A stretch of DNA of 64,000 bases from Candidatus Woesearchaeota archaeon (GTDB taxonomy: Archaea > Nanobdellota > Nanobdellia > SCGC-AAA011-G17 > JAFCDX01), in contig JAFCDX010000002.1 in NCBI GenBank assembly GCA_017609465.1, forward strand, positions 11,881 to 75,880, written 5' to 3'. Under the pieces are notes generated by a model. The model was not told the DNA's origin. It did no database searches and saw nothing but the letters and a program-made list of their open reading frames with translations. A program made the position numbers and the translations under genes. Position 1 is the first letter of the stretch, and every line of letters starts with the position of its first letter. Positions 1 through 9,884 of this stretch are shown here, in pieces.

Positions 1-777
1 GAAATTTCAAAAGGAGATATAATAGTATTTATAGATGACGATGCTTATCCTGAAAAAGATTGGTTAGAAAATGCAATAAAACATTTTAAAAATAAAAATA
101 TTGCCGCTGTTGGAGGTCCTGGAATTATGCCTCCTGAGAGCACTTTTTTTCAAAAAATCTCAGGATTAGTGTATGAATTAAGTTCTAAAAATACTTATTA
201 TAGATATAGGAAAGGAAATAAGGTTCTTGAAATAGACGATTATCCCACTTTTAATCTATTTGTAAGAAAAGAAGATTTCAATAATGTAAATGGATTTAAC
301 AGTAAATATTGGGGTGGGGAAGATACACAATTGTGTTATTCATTAACTCAAAAATTAAATAAAAAAATAATTTATGATCCTGATGTTTTAGTTTATCATC
401 ATAGAAGGGAAAAATTAACCCAACATTTAAAACAATCGTTGTTTTGGGGGATGTGGAGAGGTTTTTTTGTTAAAAATTTTAGAGAAACAAGTTTAAAAAT
501 AAGTTTTTTTATACCTTCTTTGTTTTTAATTTGGTTAATCTTAGGGGCAATAGGCTCTTTTTTTAATGGTATAATCTTTAATATTTTTGTATTATCTCTT
601 ATAATATATCTTGTATACCTTATATATATTGGATTTAAAACAAAAAATTTAAAATATTTTTTCCCAGTAATGTTTTTATCTTTCTTAACACATATAACGT
701 ATGGGTTTGGTTTTATAAAAGGATTGTTATCAAAAGAGCCCACAAAAAAAACATTCAATCCTTCCGATAAAAAATGA
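1..777 (+). CDS. Glycosyltransferase family 2, 5'-truncated by window edge
   Basis: Frame 1 is open from base 1 (EISKGDIIVFIDDDAYPEKDWLENA...), so track ORF 127..777 is the tail of a longer CDS. It has a DxD-type motif (FIDDDA) and C-terminal TM helices as in membrane GT2 enzymes. Confidence 0.75.
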   Translation, partial: EISKGDIIVFIDDDAYPEKDWLENAIKHFKNKNIAAVGGPGIMPPESTFFQKISGLVYELSSKNTYYRYRKGNKVLEIDDYPTFNLFVRKEDFNNVNGFNSKYWGGEDTQLCYSLTQKLNKKIIYDPDVLVYHHRREKLTQHLKQSLFWGMWRGFFVKNFRETSLKISFFIPSLFLIWLILGAIGSFFNGIIFNIFVLSLIIYLVYLIYIGFKTKNLKYFFPVMFLSFLTHITYGFGFIKGLLSKEPTKKTFNPSDKK

Positions 778-1724
778 AAGTATCAATAATCTTGCCAACA
801 TACAATAATGAAGCGACCTTGAATGAATGTCTTGATGGAATAACCAATCAAGATTATGATGATTATGAAATTCTTTTAATTGATGGAGGCTCTACAGATA
901 AAACTATTGAAATTGCAAAAAATTACAATGTTAAAATATTAAATAATCTGGATAAAGTTGAAGAAAGAGCAAGAGTCTTGGGCATTAAAAAAGCAAAAGG
1001 AGATATACTTTGTTTTATAGACGCAGATAACATAGTATTAGAAAAAGATTGGTTGTCAAAGATGGTAAAACCATTTGAAGATAGAGAAATAATAGGTTCA
1101 GACACATATTATTTTTCATTTAGGAAAAGAGACCCTCTTGTTACAAGATATTGCGCTCTGATAGGCGGGGACGATCCTCTTGCAATATATCTTGGATTGT
1201 ATGACAGATATAATTATTTTAAAAATAAATGGACTGATTTTTCCCATAAAGAAGAAGAAAAAGAAGGATACTTAAAAATAAAATTAGATAAAAATAATAT
1301 TCCTGCCATGGGTTCCAATGGATTTTTATTTAGAAAAAATGCATTAAAAGTTATTGATTATGAACCATTTATACATTCAGACATAATATATAAATTGGCA
1401 GAAAAGGGATATTTTGCAAAAGTAAATGTTGGCATAGTTCATGTACAAAAAGATGTAAATGATTTTTTTAAGAAAAAAATAAGAAGAATAAAGAGAAGAT
1501 TATTGGGAGAAATTAAATTGCAACATAATTATGGAGTTTCTAAGAAAAGACTGATTTTTACTTTATTATATTTGTTATTAATAATACCTGTTTTATTTGA
1601 CACATTGAAAGGATTTTTTAGGAAACCCACAATAACATGGCTATTCCACCCAATAGCAACTTATAGCGTATTATTTTTATATCTTTATTATTTTACAATT
1701 GGAAGGTTTTTAATTAAAAAATGA
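774..1724 (+). CDS. Glycosyltransferase family 2
   Basis: N-terminal VSIILPTYNNEATLNECLDGITNQ, then LLIDGGSTD and FIDADN (DxD); C-terminal TM helices. ATGA overlap with the upstream gene. Confidence 0.85.
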   Translation: MKVSIILPTYNNEATLNECLDGITNQDYDDYEILLIDGGSTDKTIEIAKNYNVKILNNLDKVEERARVLGIKKAKGDILCFIDADNIVLEKDWLSKMVKPFEDREIIGSDTYYFSFRKRDPLVTRYCALIGGDDPLAIYLGLYDRYNYFKNKWTDFSHKEEEKEGYLKIKLDKNNIPAMGSNGFLFRKNALKVIDYEPFIHSDIIYKLAEKGYFAKVNVGIVHVQKDVNDFFKKKIRRIKRRLLGEIKLQHNYGVSKKRLIFTLLYLLLIIPVLFDTLKGFFRKPTITWLFHPIATYSVLFLYLYYFTIGRFLIKK

Positions 1725-2233
1725 AAAAATTAAATATTGGATGTGGAGATGATTATAGAAAAGGATGGATTAATCTAGATTATAATGATAAATATGAAAC
1801 AGATGTGATTCATGATTTAAACAATTTCCCATACCCATTTAAGAAAGAAGAACTTGACTATATATACTGTTCCCATATACTTGAACATGTGGATGATTTC
1901 TTTAAAACACTTAAGGAATTATTAAAAATATTGAAGAAAAAAGGAACTTTGCATATTGTAGTGCCTCATTTTTCAAATGGAAATGGTTATAATGATCTAT
2001 CCCACAAAAGGTTTTTTGGGTGGTTTACTTTTAAGATAATAGAAAGCGATTATTATCAAGAAGATTTTAATTTTGAGATAGTCAAACAAAGATTTAATTT
2101 TCTGTCTAGAGAACATTACATATTAAATAAATTGTTTTGGTGGGTTAATTTAATGCCAAAGAAAATATATGAAAGATTCTTTTGTTGGATATTTCCAATG
2201 GGGGAAATAGAATTAATCTTAAAGAAGAAATGA
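1721..2233 (+). CDS. Class I SAM-dependent methyltransferase (Methyltransf_11-like)
   Basis: LNIGCGDDYRKGWINLD glycine-rich motif I, IYCSHILEHV motif. 4-nt overlap with the upstream GT2. Confidence 0.75.
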   Translation: MKKLNIGCGDDYRKGWINLDYNDKYETDVIHDLNNFPYPFKKEELDYIYCSHILEHVDDFFKTLKELLKILKKKGTLHIVVPHFSNGNGYNDLSHKRFFGWFTFKIIESDYYQEDFNFEIVKQRFNFLSREHYILNKLFWWVNLMPKKIYERFFCWIFPMGEIELILKKK

Positions 2234-2234
2234 T

Positions 2235-3800
2235 TTATTTGAATTTATATATTGCCAATAATGGTTGATTGTTTTGTGAATATACTTGTACTGGTTCTAG
2301 TAATTCAGGATGTCTTTGTGGATATGTATAAGCCCATTCTGGTGTAAATACTGGTTCAAATACATGAACAATATAATAGTCTGGATTTATATTTTCTATT
2401 TTTTCTTCAAATTGTTGTTCTGTTTTTGTTTGACATTCTTCTGTGGCTTTTAATTTTCCATATAAATCTATACAATCTTTTGGAGGTTTATTGTAAAATC
2501 CATAAGTATAACCTTCAGAATAATAAGCTATTTGGACAACAGAAGCAGTTATTATTTTTGGATCTTCTCTTGGAAAATTCTCTTTTATCCATAATCCAGC
2601 TAATTTTTCTTCCCCATAAGTATCCTTTTTCATGTTTATTAATTTATGAGAATGTACAATATGTTGATAACCTCCACCCAATATTAATAATGTAATAGCT
2701 AAAATAGCAATTTCCTTATTGTATCTTTTTAGTAGATTATAAATAAATAGGATTCCCTTTGATGATATATAAAATAAAGGTGGCATTAGCATTAATAACC
2801 ATCTATCATTTGCAGCTCTTATAACAAAAATATAAAAGAATAAAGTTAAAAATCCCCACAATAAAACAAAGAAATCAGAATTTAATTTCTTTTCTTTTTG
2901 TTTTAAGAACATATCAAATCCAAATATTATATTTGAAAATGTAATTAATCCAATTAACAAAGTTGCAAACCATATTGATTCCATGAGAGAAGGAATCATA
3001 AATGTTATGTTTTTTAATGCAGATAAAATAGGAGTTTTTAATGATACTGCACTGCTTCCAAAATACATTTTGAATGCGGTTAATATTCCAGCCCCAATTA
3101 TCTGAACAATTAATAAATAAACAAATAATAGAAATGCACCTATACCCATTGATTTTAGAAAAGTTTTATCTTTTAACAATTTAAATTTTTTAACTACAAG
3201 TAAATAAATTGGGTAAGATATTGGAACAAGAGCTAATGGAAATCTTGCTGAAAACCCTAAGACTCCAAAAAATATTGCATAATAAAGACCTTTCTTTTCA
3301 TTTCTTGTTATATATCTAGACCAAAAGAAGTATATTGATAATAAACCTAGAAACATAGCAGGAACATCAGTTAATAATCTATAAGTATAAAACATGTGAA
3401 CCCAATACACAGACAACATAAATCCTGAAATTAATCCTATTTTTTTATCATATATATCTCTTCCTATAGCATATACTAAATAAACTGAAGCTACTGAAGG
3501 AAGTAATAATGTGAAGAATCTTATCACAATCTCAGGCATATTTAATAAAAAGAAAAAAGCCCATAATAATGGCATTAGCATAGGTCTTATTCCTGTAAAA
3601 TGTGCCCACCATTCCTGATTTTGCCATCCATGTAAAAGACCTTTAGCTACAGAAAGATAATCTCCTTCATCCCACCAAATTGGCTGTTCTCCAACCTTAA
3701 AGAAATAATATAATCTAAACAATATAGCAAATGCTACTAATGCAGTTAAAAGCTGATTTTCATAACTTTTAAGAAACTCTTTTATCCTCTCTTTGTCCAT
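2235..3800 (-). CDS. GT-C fold membrane glycosyltransferase (ArnT/PMT, GT39/GT83-like)
   Basis: About 11 predicted TM helices. First external loop carries WWDEGDY (the acidic DE motif of ArnT/PMT-type enzymes). C-terminal soluble domain of about 130 aa. Confidence 0.7.
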   Translation of the reverse strand: MDKERIKEFLKSYENQLLTALVAFAILFRLYYFFKVGEQPIWWDEGDYLSVAKGLLHGWQNQEWWAHFTGIRPMLMPLLWAFFFLLNMPEIVIRFFTLLLPSVASVYLVYAIGRDIYDKKIGLISGFMLSVYWVHMFYTYRLLTDVPAMFLGLLSIYFFWSRYITRNEKKGLYYAIFFGVLGFSARFPLALVPISYPIYLLVVKKFKLLKDKTFLKSMGIGAFLLFVYLLIVQIIGAGILTAFKMYFGSSAVSLKTPILSALKNITFMIPSLMESIWFATLLIGLITFSNIIFGFDMFLKQKEKKLNSDFFVLLWGFLTLFFYIFVIRAANDRWLLMLMPPLFYISSKGILFIYNLLKRYNKEIAILAITLLILGGGYQHIVHSHKLINMKKDTYGEEKLAGLWIKENFPREDPKIITASVVQIAYYSEGYTYGFYNKPPKDCIDLYGKLKATEECQTKTEQQFEEKIENINPDYYIVHVFEPVFTPEWAYTYPQRHPELLEPVQVYSQNNQPLLAIYKFK

Positions 3801-3851
3801 ATTATAGCTCTTTTAAATAATTATTTAAATCTTTACCTTTTTCAATTCACA

Positions 3852-5339
3852 ATGGAAAATACCAAAATATTATTCATAAATCCTCCAATTAGAGGAAGTA
3901 TAAATTCGGGTTTGGATAATTTGAAAGTCCCTTTAGGATTAGCTTATATTGCCTCTTTTTTGAGAAAATATGGGTTTAAGAATGTTAAAATATTGGATGC
4001 AAAAGCAGAAGGCATTGTTAGAAAAATAGATGAAGACATTGCTCACTATGGTATGACATACAAAAAATTAAAGGAATATGTCAAAGATTACAGGCCTGAT
4101 ATTGTGGGAATTCATTGTGCATATACTGTGTATGAAAAAGATGTTCTAAAAGTGACTGAAATAATAAAATCAATTGATAAAAACATTCTTGTTGTTGTTG
4201 GAGGGGCACACGTTTCAGCAAGTCCTGAATCAATATTAAAATCAGAAAATGTTGACATTGCAGTAAAAGGAGAAGGAGAAGTTACTTTTTATGAGATAGC
4301 AAAAAGATATTCAGAAAATGGAAATTTAAAAAACATAGATGGGACTGTAACAAGAGAAAAAGAGAAGATTATTCATAATAATCATAGAAAATTGATAAAA
4401 AATTTAGATGATATTCCATTTCCAGCGAGAGATTTGTTAGACATGGAGAAATATATCAATCACCCCCTTAATCATATTGGGACAATGAGAAAACCTGCAA
4501 CAGATGTAATAACATCAAGAGGTTGTCCCTTTAATTGTGTTTTTTGCTCAATACATACAATATGGGGCAAGAATTGGAGAGGGAGAAGCGCAAAAAATGT
4601 GGTTGATGAAATTGAATTTTTGATGAATGAATATGGGATAAGACAAATAAGATTCCAGGATGATAATATATCCTTAGATAAAAAAAGAATGCATGAGATA
4701 TGCGATGAAATAATTAACAGAAATTTGAATATAAAGTGGGATACCCCCAATGGGATTGCAATATGGACTATGGATGAAGAATTATTGAAAAAAATGAAAA
4801 AATCCGGTTATTATAGATTAGCACCAAGCATAGAATCTGGAAGCCAAGATACAATACAATTTATAAAAAAACCAATAGATTATGAACATGTCCAAAATAT
4901 ATTAAAATCTGCCAATAAAGTTGGATTATGGACTGTTTCTCCTTTTATTATAGGGTTTCCTTATGAGACCATGGTTGATATAAGAAAGACAATCGATTAT
5001 GCAAAGAATTCAGATCTTGATTTTGCTATATTTTACATAGCTCAGCCTTATGCAGGGACTCCTTTGTATGATATTTATAATAGAGAAGGACTTTTAAATG
5101 AAGGTGTTAAACATTCTAGCTCTGTAATGGAAACAAGATATGGGACAAAATATTTTAGTGCAAAGGACCTGGATAATTTAAGAAAGCAAGCTTATAAGGA
5201 GTTTTATATTTCAAGGTTCAAGAGATATATTAATCCAATCAATACTTATTACTTATTTAAGAAGATAGGAAATATTGAGGGTCTTTCACATACAATAAAA
5301 ATGTTTAAGACTGTTATTGGTTTAGGTTACCATAAATAA
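3852..5339 (+). CDS. Cobalamin-binding (class B) radical SAM enzyme, paralog 1
   Basis: N-terminal Rossmann-like B12-binding region (ILFINPP..., VVGGAHVSA) followed by the radical SAM cluster motif SRGCPFNCVFCS (CxxxCxxC). Confidence 0.85.
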   Translation: MENTKILFINPPIRGSINSGLDNLKVPLGLAYIASFLRKYGFKNVKILDAKAEGIVRKIDEDIAHYGMTYKKLKEYVKDYRPDIVGIHCAYTVYEKDVLKVTEIIKSIDKNILVVVGGAHVSASPESILKSENVDIAVKGEGEVTFYEIAKRYSENGNLKNIDGTVTREKEKIIHNNHRKLIKNLDDIPFPARDLLDMEKYINHPLNHIGTMRKPATDVITSRGCPFNCVFCSIHTIWGKNWRGRSAKNVVDEIEFLMNEYGIRQIRFQDDNISLDKKRMHEICDEIINRNLNIKWDTPNGIAIWTMDEELLKKMKKSGYYRLAPSIESGSQDTIQFIKKPIDYEHVQNILKSANKVGLWTVSPFIIGFPYETMVDIRKTIDYAKNSDLDFAIFYIAQPYAGTPLYDIYNREGLLNEGVKHSSSVMETRYGTKYFSAKDLDNLRKQAYKEFYISRFKRYINPINTYYLFKKIGNIEGLSHTIKMFKTVIGLGYHK

Positions 5340-6200
5340 CTATTTTGTGCTTTCAATCCTTACCCATGTTTTTTCAAAACTTAACTTTCTTATTTTTAAA
5401 TCAATAAATATTTTTATCCATAAATATAATCTTAAAAATATTAAGAAAGGTGCCCATAAAAATTCCTTTATGTTCTTTGGATATATTATTACTTCAAATA
5501 TTCCTGAAGCTTCTTGTCCAAAAGACCTCATAACTTTCTTACCAAACAATTTTCTTAATTGCTCGTATCCTCCTGTAGAACGTCTTTTTTGTTTTATCCA
5601 GTCCTTCAAATTATCAGGATATTTCACATATACTATTGAATTTTCGGAATATTTTATTTCATATCCTTTGTCATGAATTATCTTAGAGATATATGCATCA
5701 TCAGACAATATATTCCCGGGCATTTTTTCTATCTTGTTTCTTATTGCATACAAATATCCTGAACAAACTATGAATTTATTCTCTGAAACTAGTTTTTTTC
5801 TTAACTTGTCGGCCATATGTGTTAAGAAATGTGAGAAATATCCAAAGAAATTGTTTCTCTCATTTAACGGAACTGGGTGTCCTGAAACAGCACCCACATT
5901 TTTATCTTCAAAATATTTGATTAAACTTTTCAATGAATCTTTTTCTATAAATACGTCCCCGTCGGTTAAAATTAGAATATCTCCTTTTGCTTTTTCAAAT
6001 GCAATATTAAGTGCTGTTGGCTTTCCTTTTCCAGGATCTTTTATTGTTTTTACTTTGTATTTCTTTGCTTCATTCAATGTATCTCTGTCAGGAGCAATCA
6101 CAATTATTTCAGAATCTTTTAAATCCTGATTTAATATAGAATTTATTGTCTTTCCTATTGTTTTCTCTTCCCTGAATGCGGTTATTATTATTGATATCAT
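5340..6200 (-). CDS. Glycosyltransferase family 2
   Basis: ISIIITAFREEKTIGKTINSILNQ, ILTDGDV (DxD), C-terminal TM segment. Last gene of the minus-strand operon. Confidence 0.8.
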   Translation of the reverse strand: MISIIITAFREEKTIGKTINSILNQDLKDSEIIVIAPDRDTLNEAKKYKVKTIKDPGKGKPTALNIAFEKAKGDILILTDGDVFIEKDSLKSLIKYFEDKNVGAVSGHPVPLNERNNFFGYFSHFLTHMADKLRKKLVSENKFIVCSGYLYAIRNKIEKMPGNILSDDAYISKIIHDKGYEIKYSENSIVYVKYPDNLKDWIKQKRRSTGGYEQLRKLFGKKVMRSFGQEASGIFEVIIYPKNIKEFLWAPFLIFLRLYLWIKIFIDLKIRKLSFEKTWVRIESTK

Positions 6201-6934
6201 TTTTTTCCTATGAATATTAAGGCGTATCCAAAATAATTATCCAAAAAGGACTTTGTTTTCAAAAATCTGTCTTTTGGAGTTTTTCTGAATAATACTTGAA
6301 TTATCTTTTTGTATAAAAAATGATATATTGAATTTATGAAAGAAGATCCAATTATTTTTCTTTTCTCAAAATCTTTGGTTAAATTAAATATTTCTTTTCG
6401 AGAATAAGGAATCTCAAGACCGTATTTCCATTTGTTAAACAATTCTGCTAACTTTTTATATATCATATAAGGATAGCATCTTTTGTTTGGAACACTTATT
6501 ATTGCTATTCCTTTCTTTTTTAATAAATTATAATGTATATCCCATATTTCTTTTCTTTTTTTGCCTTCGAAATGCTCTGCAAGCCCGAAAGAAATAACTA
6601 TATCATATTTCTTTTTTTTATCCAATTCAAATAAATTTTTATTAATTAATTTTGGATTTATCTTAAATTTTGAATAAAGAATTTTTGCCTCTTTTATGGC
6701 TTCTTTTGATTCATCCACTAAAGTAATATTTGATTCATTAATTCCAAATAACAAGCTTGTTGTTCCTCTTCCAGATCCCAATTCTATCACATCTAATTTT
6801 TCGTAATTCTTAAAATGTTTTTTTAATTCCTTGTTTAATTTTTTCCATACTAGTGACTCGCTTAATTTTTGAATTTCTTCATAATCCTTGTCAAACTTAG
6901 TCTCTTTCCAGTATTTATCCCAAACCGTAGGCAT
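6197..6934 (-). CDS. Class I SAM-dependent methyltransferase
   Basis: VIELGSGRGTTS motif I, DIVISFGLAEHF motif. 4-nt overlap with the downstream GT2. Confidence 0.75.
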   Translation of the reverse strand: MPTVWDKYWKETKFDKDYEEIQKLSESLVWKKLNKELKKHFKNYEKLDVIELGSGRGTTSLLFGINESNITLVDESKEAIKEAKILYSKFKINPKLINKNLFELDKKKKYDIVISFGLAEHFEGKKRKEIWDIHYNLLKKKGIAIISVPNKRCYPYMIYKKLAELFNKWKYGLEIPYSRKEIFNLTKDFEKRKIIGSSFINSIYHFLYKKIIQVLFRKTPKDRFLKTKSFLDNYFGYALIFIGKK

Positions 6935-7955
6935 TTTTAATATCCTTTATTAATTTACTCCATTTGTATTCTTTTGATGTTTCAAGAGCATTTTTCCTTA
7001 TATCATTCAAGTCATTTCTCATTGCAAAATTTACTTTTTCTTTAAGGTCATTAACATCCTTAAAAATAAAACCATTAACATTGTCATTTATTATTTCTTT
7101 TATTCCAATTATATCAGAGCCGATTACTATTTTTTTTAATGACATTGCTTCTATTAAAGATTGTGGCATCCCTTCTCTTTTTGAAGGCAAGATAAATATC
7201 TTACAATTGTTGTAAATATCTATCTTTTTCTTTAAATCATAAACAGGTTTTTCCACTTTATGTTTTAATTTTTTATTATAGTTTCCTTCTATAGGTCCAA
7301 CTAATTTTACATTCTCTAATTCATTTAAAATTTCTAAATTTTTTATTGGAGATATCCTTCCAAGATATAATATCCCAGAGCCTCTTTTATTTCTCGCTTT
7401 GAAGAATTCATCAGGAATCCCGTTTGGTATATATGTGATATTATTAGCTTTTAATTTTTTTAATATAGAAATTTCCCATTTTGTTATTGCTATTACTTTG
7501 TCATATTTTTTAAGACTATATCTTCCTAATGTTAAATCATATAATCTTACTATTGATTCTAATATTGTTGAACGAATTCCTTTTTCTAAAAATGGGGCAT
7601 GAGTTGTTAACAAACAAGGTATTCTTAATTTTTTAGCATATTTTAATACAAGATAAGAATGAGGATGCCTGTAAACATGTGTATCAATAATATCTGGTTT
7701 TATTTCAAATAATTTTTTCTTAAAATTAAAATATTTTGCATTATTGGATATTTTAAATTTTATTGGAAATCTATGTATATGAATTCCATCCAAATTTTCA
7801 TATTCTGAAGAGGTTTCTTTAGTACCTTTTATCTCATTGCTTGAGAAAATGTGTATCTCATATTTGTCCTTTAATCTCTTAGCTATTTCATATACACGAT
7901 TCCATACTCCACATATACTTGGGTATGAATAAGGACATATTAATGCTATTTTCAT
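6915..7955 (-). CDS. Glycosyltransferase family 4 (GT-B fold)
   Basis: C-terminal EX7E-type motif REGMPQSLIEAMSLKKIVIGSD; N-terminal KIALICPYSYPS. Confidence 0.8.
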   Translation of the reverse strand: MKIALICPYSYPSICGVWNRVYEIAKRLKDKYEIHIFSSNEIKGTKETSSEYENLDGIHIHRFPIKFKISNNAKYFNFKKKLFEIKPDIIDTHVYRHPHSYLVLKYAKKLRIPCLLTTHAPFLEKGIRSTILESIVRLYDLTLGRYSLKKYDKVIAITKWEISILKKLKANNITYIPNGIPDEFFKARNKRGSGILYLGRISPIKNLEILNELENVKLVGPIEGNYNKKLKHKVEKPVYDLKKKIDIYNNCKIFILPSKREGMPQSLIEAMSLKKIVIGSDIIGIKEIINDNVNGFIFKDVNDLKEKVNFAMRNDLNDIRKNALETSKEYKWSKLIKDIKNAYGLG

Positions 7956-7978
7956 AGGGAAGAAAACACAATTGTAAC

Positions 7979-8455
7979 TTATAAAACTTGTTTTTTTGTT
8001 TCTGGCAATAGTTTGTATATCTCTAAATCATGATAAAATTCTTTTTCTTGTAAGATAAATCCATTTTTTAATAAGATGCTAATATAAGGATAAAATAATC
8101 CACATTTTACTGCAAGGCATCTTGGAGATAGTCTTATTGTATTCCCTTTAATGAAGATAGGAAATTGTTTGCAGGCTTCAGGTCTGTCTTGATTCTTATG
8201 GATAGCACATTTATATTCTTTTAAGGAAGGACAACCATCAATGTCCATATTTAGAGAATATTTATTGTTTTTTAACTTTATAACAATCTTTTTTTTAATC
8301 AGTTCTTTTGATTTGTTTTGGGTTACTAATTCTAGATTTCTCTCTCTTAGTATTAAATATCCTTTTCTGCAACAATAAGACTTGCATTCATTTATGCAAA
8401 ATCTACTTATTGATTTTCTGGCATCTTCAATAATCTTTTCCGGATTCATCAACAT
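7979..8455 (-). CDS. YkgJ/UPF0153-like cysteine-cluster (Zn/Fe-S) protein
   Basis: CINECKSYCC (CxxCxxCC) near the N-terminus, plus CPSL...CAIH...RPEACKQFP. This is the typical layout of the YkgJ family. Confidence 0.6.
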   Translation of the reverse strand: MLMNPEKIIEDARKSISRFCINECKSYCCRKGYLILRERNLELVTQNKSKELIKKKIVIKLKNNKYSLNMDIDGCPSLKEYKCAIHKNQDRPEACKQFPIFIKGNTIRLSPRCLAVKCGLFYPYISILLKNGFILQEKEFYHDLEIYKLLPETKKQVL

Positions 8456-8486
8456 TTTAGAAAAATTGTATTTAAAAACATATTGT

Positions 8487-9884
8487 TTAAATAAAAGTCT
8501 TTATGGCATAATATATGTCTGTTAATAATCTGCCTTCTTTTATACCCTTTACAATCTTTTTTGCTATATAAGACGGTCTGAAATAAAATCTTAAATATGC
8601 TTTATGATAGTATTTCTCTAATGTATCCCAATCCAAGTTTGGATGATTATAAACTTTTGAGGCTGTATGGAAATTGTATTTTGACCAGTCTTTTGTTTTT
8701 ATATATCCTTTTTCATCCCACTCATAAAATAATGGTGTGGAAGGATAAGGAACAGTTATTGTGAATTTAGCATAATCAGAATCAAGTTTTTTTGCAAATT
8801 CTATTGTCTTATCCATTGTTTCCTTTGTTTCTCCAGGCAATCCAAACATGTAGAAAGCAACAGTTTCTATTTCCACTTTCTTGCATAATTCAAATGCTCT
8901 TTTAATCTCTTCAAGAGTTTCACCTTTATTTATTCTCTTTAATAATTCTGGATTTCCTGTTTCAACCCCAATATATATGGAATAACATCCTGCCTCCTTT
9001 GCCTTTCTTATGAATTCCTCATCAATACAATCTGCCCTAATACCACATGCCAATGCCCAGGTAAACTTTTTATTCAAACCCTTTTCTATTATTATGTCAC
9101 ATATTTTTTTTGCCCTGTCCAATTTTGTTGAGAAATTATCGTCCCATATATGTATCTCCTTAAACCCAAAACTCAGCATATGTTCTATTTCTTTTATTAC
9201 TCTTTCTGGGCTTTTGAACCTAAATGTTCTTCCAAAAATATCCTTATTGCAATAAATACAACCATAAACACATCCTCTTGATGTTTCAATAGGGCCTACA
9301 GGTTGGTTTCTTGTGGTTAATTTGCTTGCCTTATATTTATTTATGTTAAACAAATGCCACGCTGGCAAAGGCAGATCATCAAGATTTTTTATTAAAGGCC
9401 TTTTTGGATTTATTATAATTTCATTATCTTTTTTATAACATATTCCATTTATTTTTGAAAGTTCTTTTTCATTTACTAATTCTTTTAATGTCTCTTCCCC
9501 TTCTCCCATAACACCAATATCAAATTCACACTCATTCAATGTGTCCTTTGGCAATGCAGAAACATGAACCCCCCCTGCTATTGTTATTATATTATTATCA
9601 AATTCTTTTGTTATTCTTGCTATTTCCTTTGCCTCATTATATAGAGGTGTTGTAAAAGTAACTCCCACGTAATCTGGATTAAAATCATTTAATTTGTTTT
9701 TTAAATCATTTATGGGATCAAGAGATGTTGCCAAATCAAGAACATTCACATTCACTTTTTCTTCTTCCAGAATAGCGCCTAATGAAGCTAAAGATACTAA
9801 AGGCATTTCAGAAACCGCAGCCTTCAGTTTACTTTTTTTGTATACTTTTATCGAGCTTGGAGGGTTTATCAGTAAAAATTTCAT
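8487..9884 (-). CDS. Cobalamin-binding (class B) radical SAM enzyme, paralog 2
   Basis: KFLLINPP..., AGGVHVSA B12-domain signature, SRGCVYGCIYCN cluster motif. Confidence 0.85.
   Translation of the reverse strand: MKFLLINPPSSIKVYKKSKLKAAVSEMPLVSLASLGAILEEEKVNVNVLDLATSLDPINDLKNKLNDFNPDYVGVTFTTPLYNEAKEIARITKEFDNNIITIAGGVHVSALPKDTLNECEFDIGVMGEGEETLKELVNEKELSKINGICYKKDNEIIINPKRPLIKNLDDLPLPAWHLFNINKYKASKLTTRNQPVGPIETSRGCVYGCIYCNKDIFGRTFRFKSPERVIKEIEHMLSFGFKEIHIWDDNFSTKLDRAKKICDIIIEKGLNKKFTWALACGIRADCIDEEFIRKAKEAGCYSIYIGVETGNPELLKRINKGETLEEIKRAFELCKKVEIETVAFYMFGLPGETKETMDKTIEFAKKLDSDYAKFTITVPYPSTPLFYEWDEKGYIKTKDWSKYNFHTASKVYNHPNLDWDTLEKYYHKAYLRFYFRPSYIAKKIVKGIKEGRLLTDIYYAIKTFI

Noticed and set aside
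5337-5342. Zero-gap convergent stop codons of rSAM paralog 1 (+) and the GT2 (-), considered as a possible misassembly or fusion.
   Set aside because: Both ORFs end with complete C-terminal regions typical of their families. Tight convergent packing is seen throughout the window, for example at 19817-19820 and 56614-56627.
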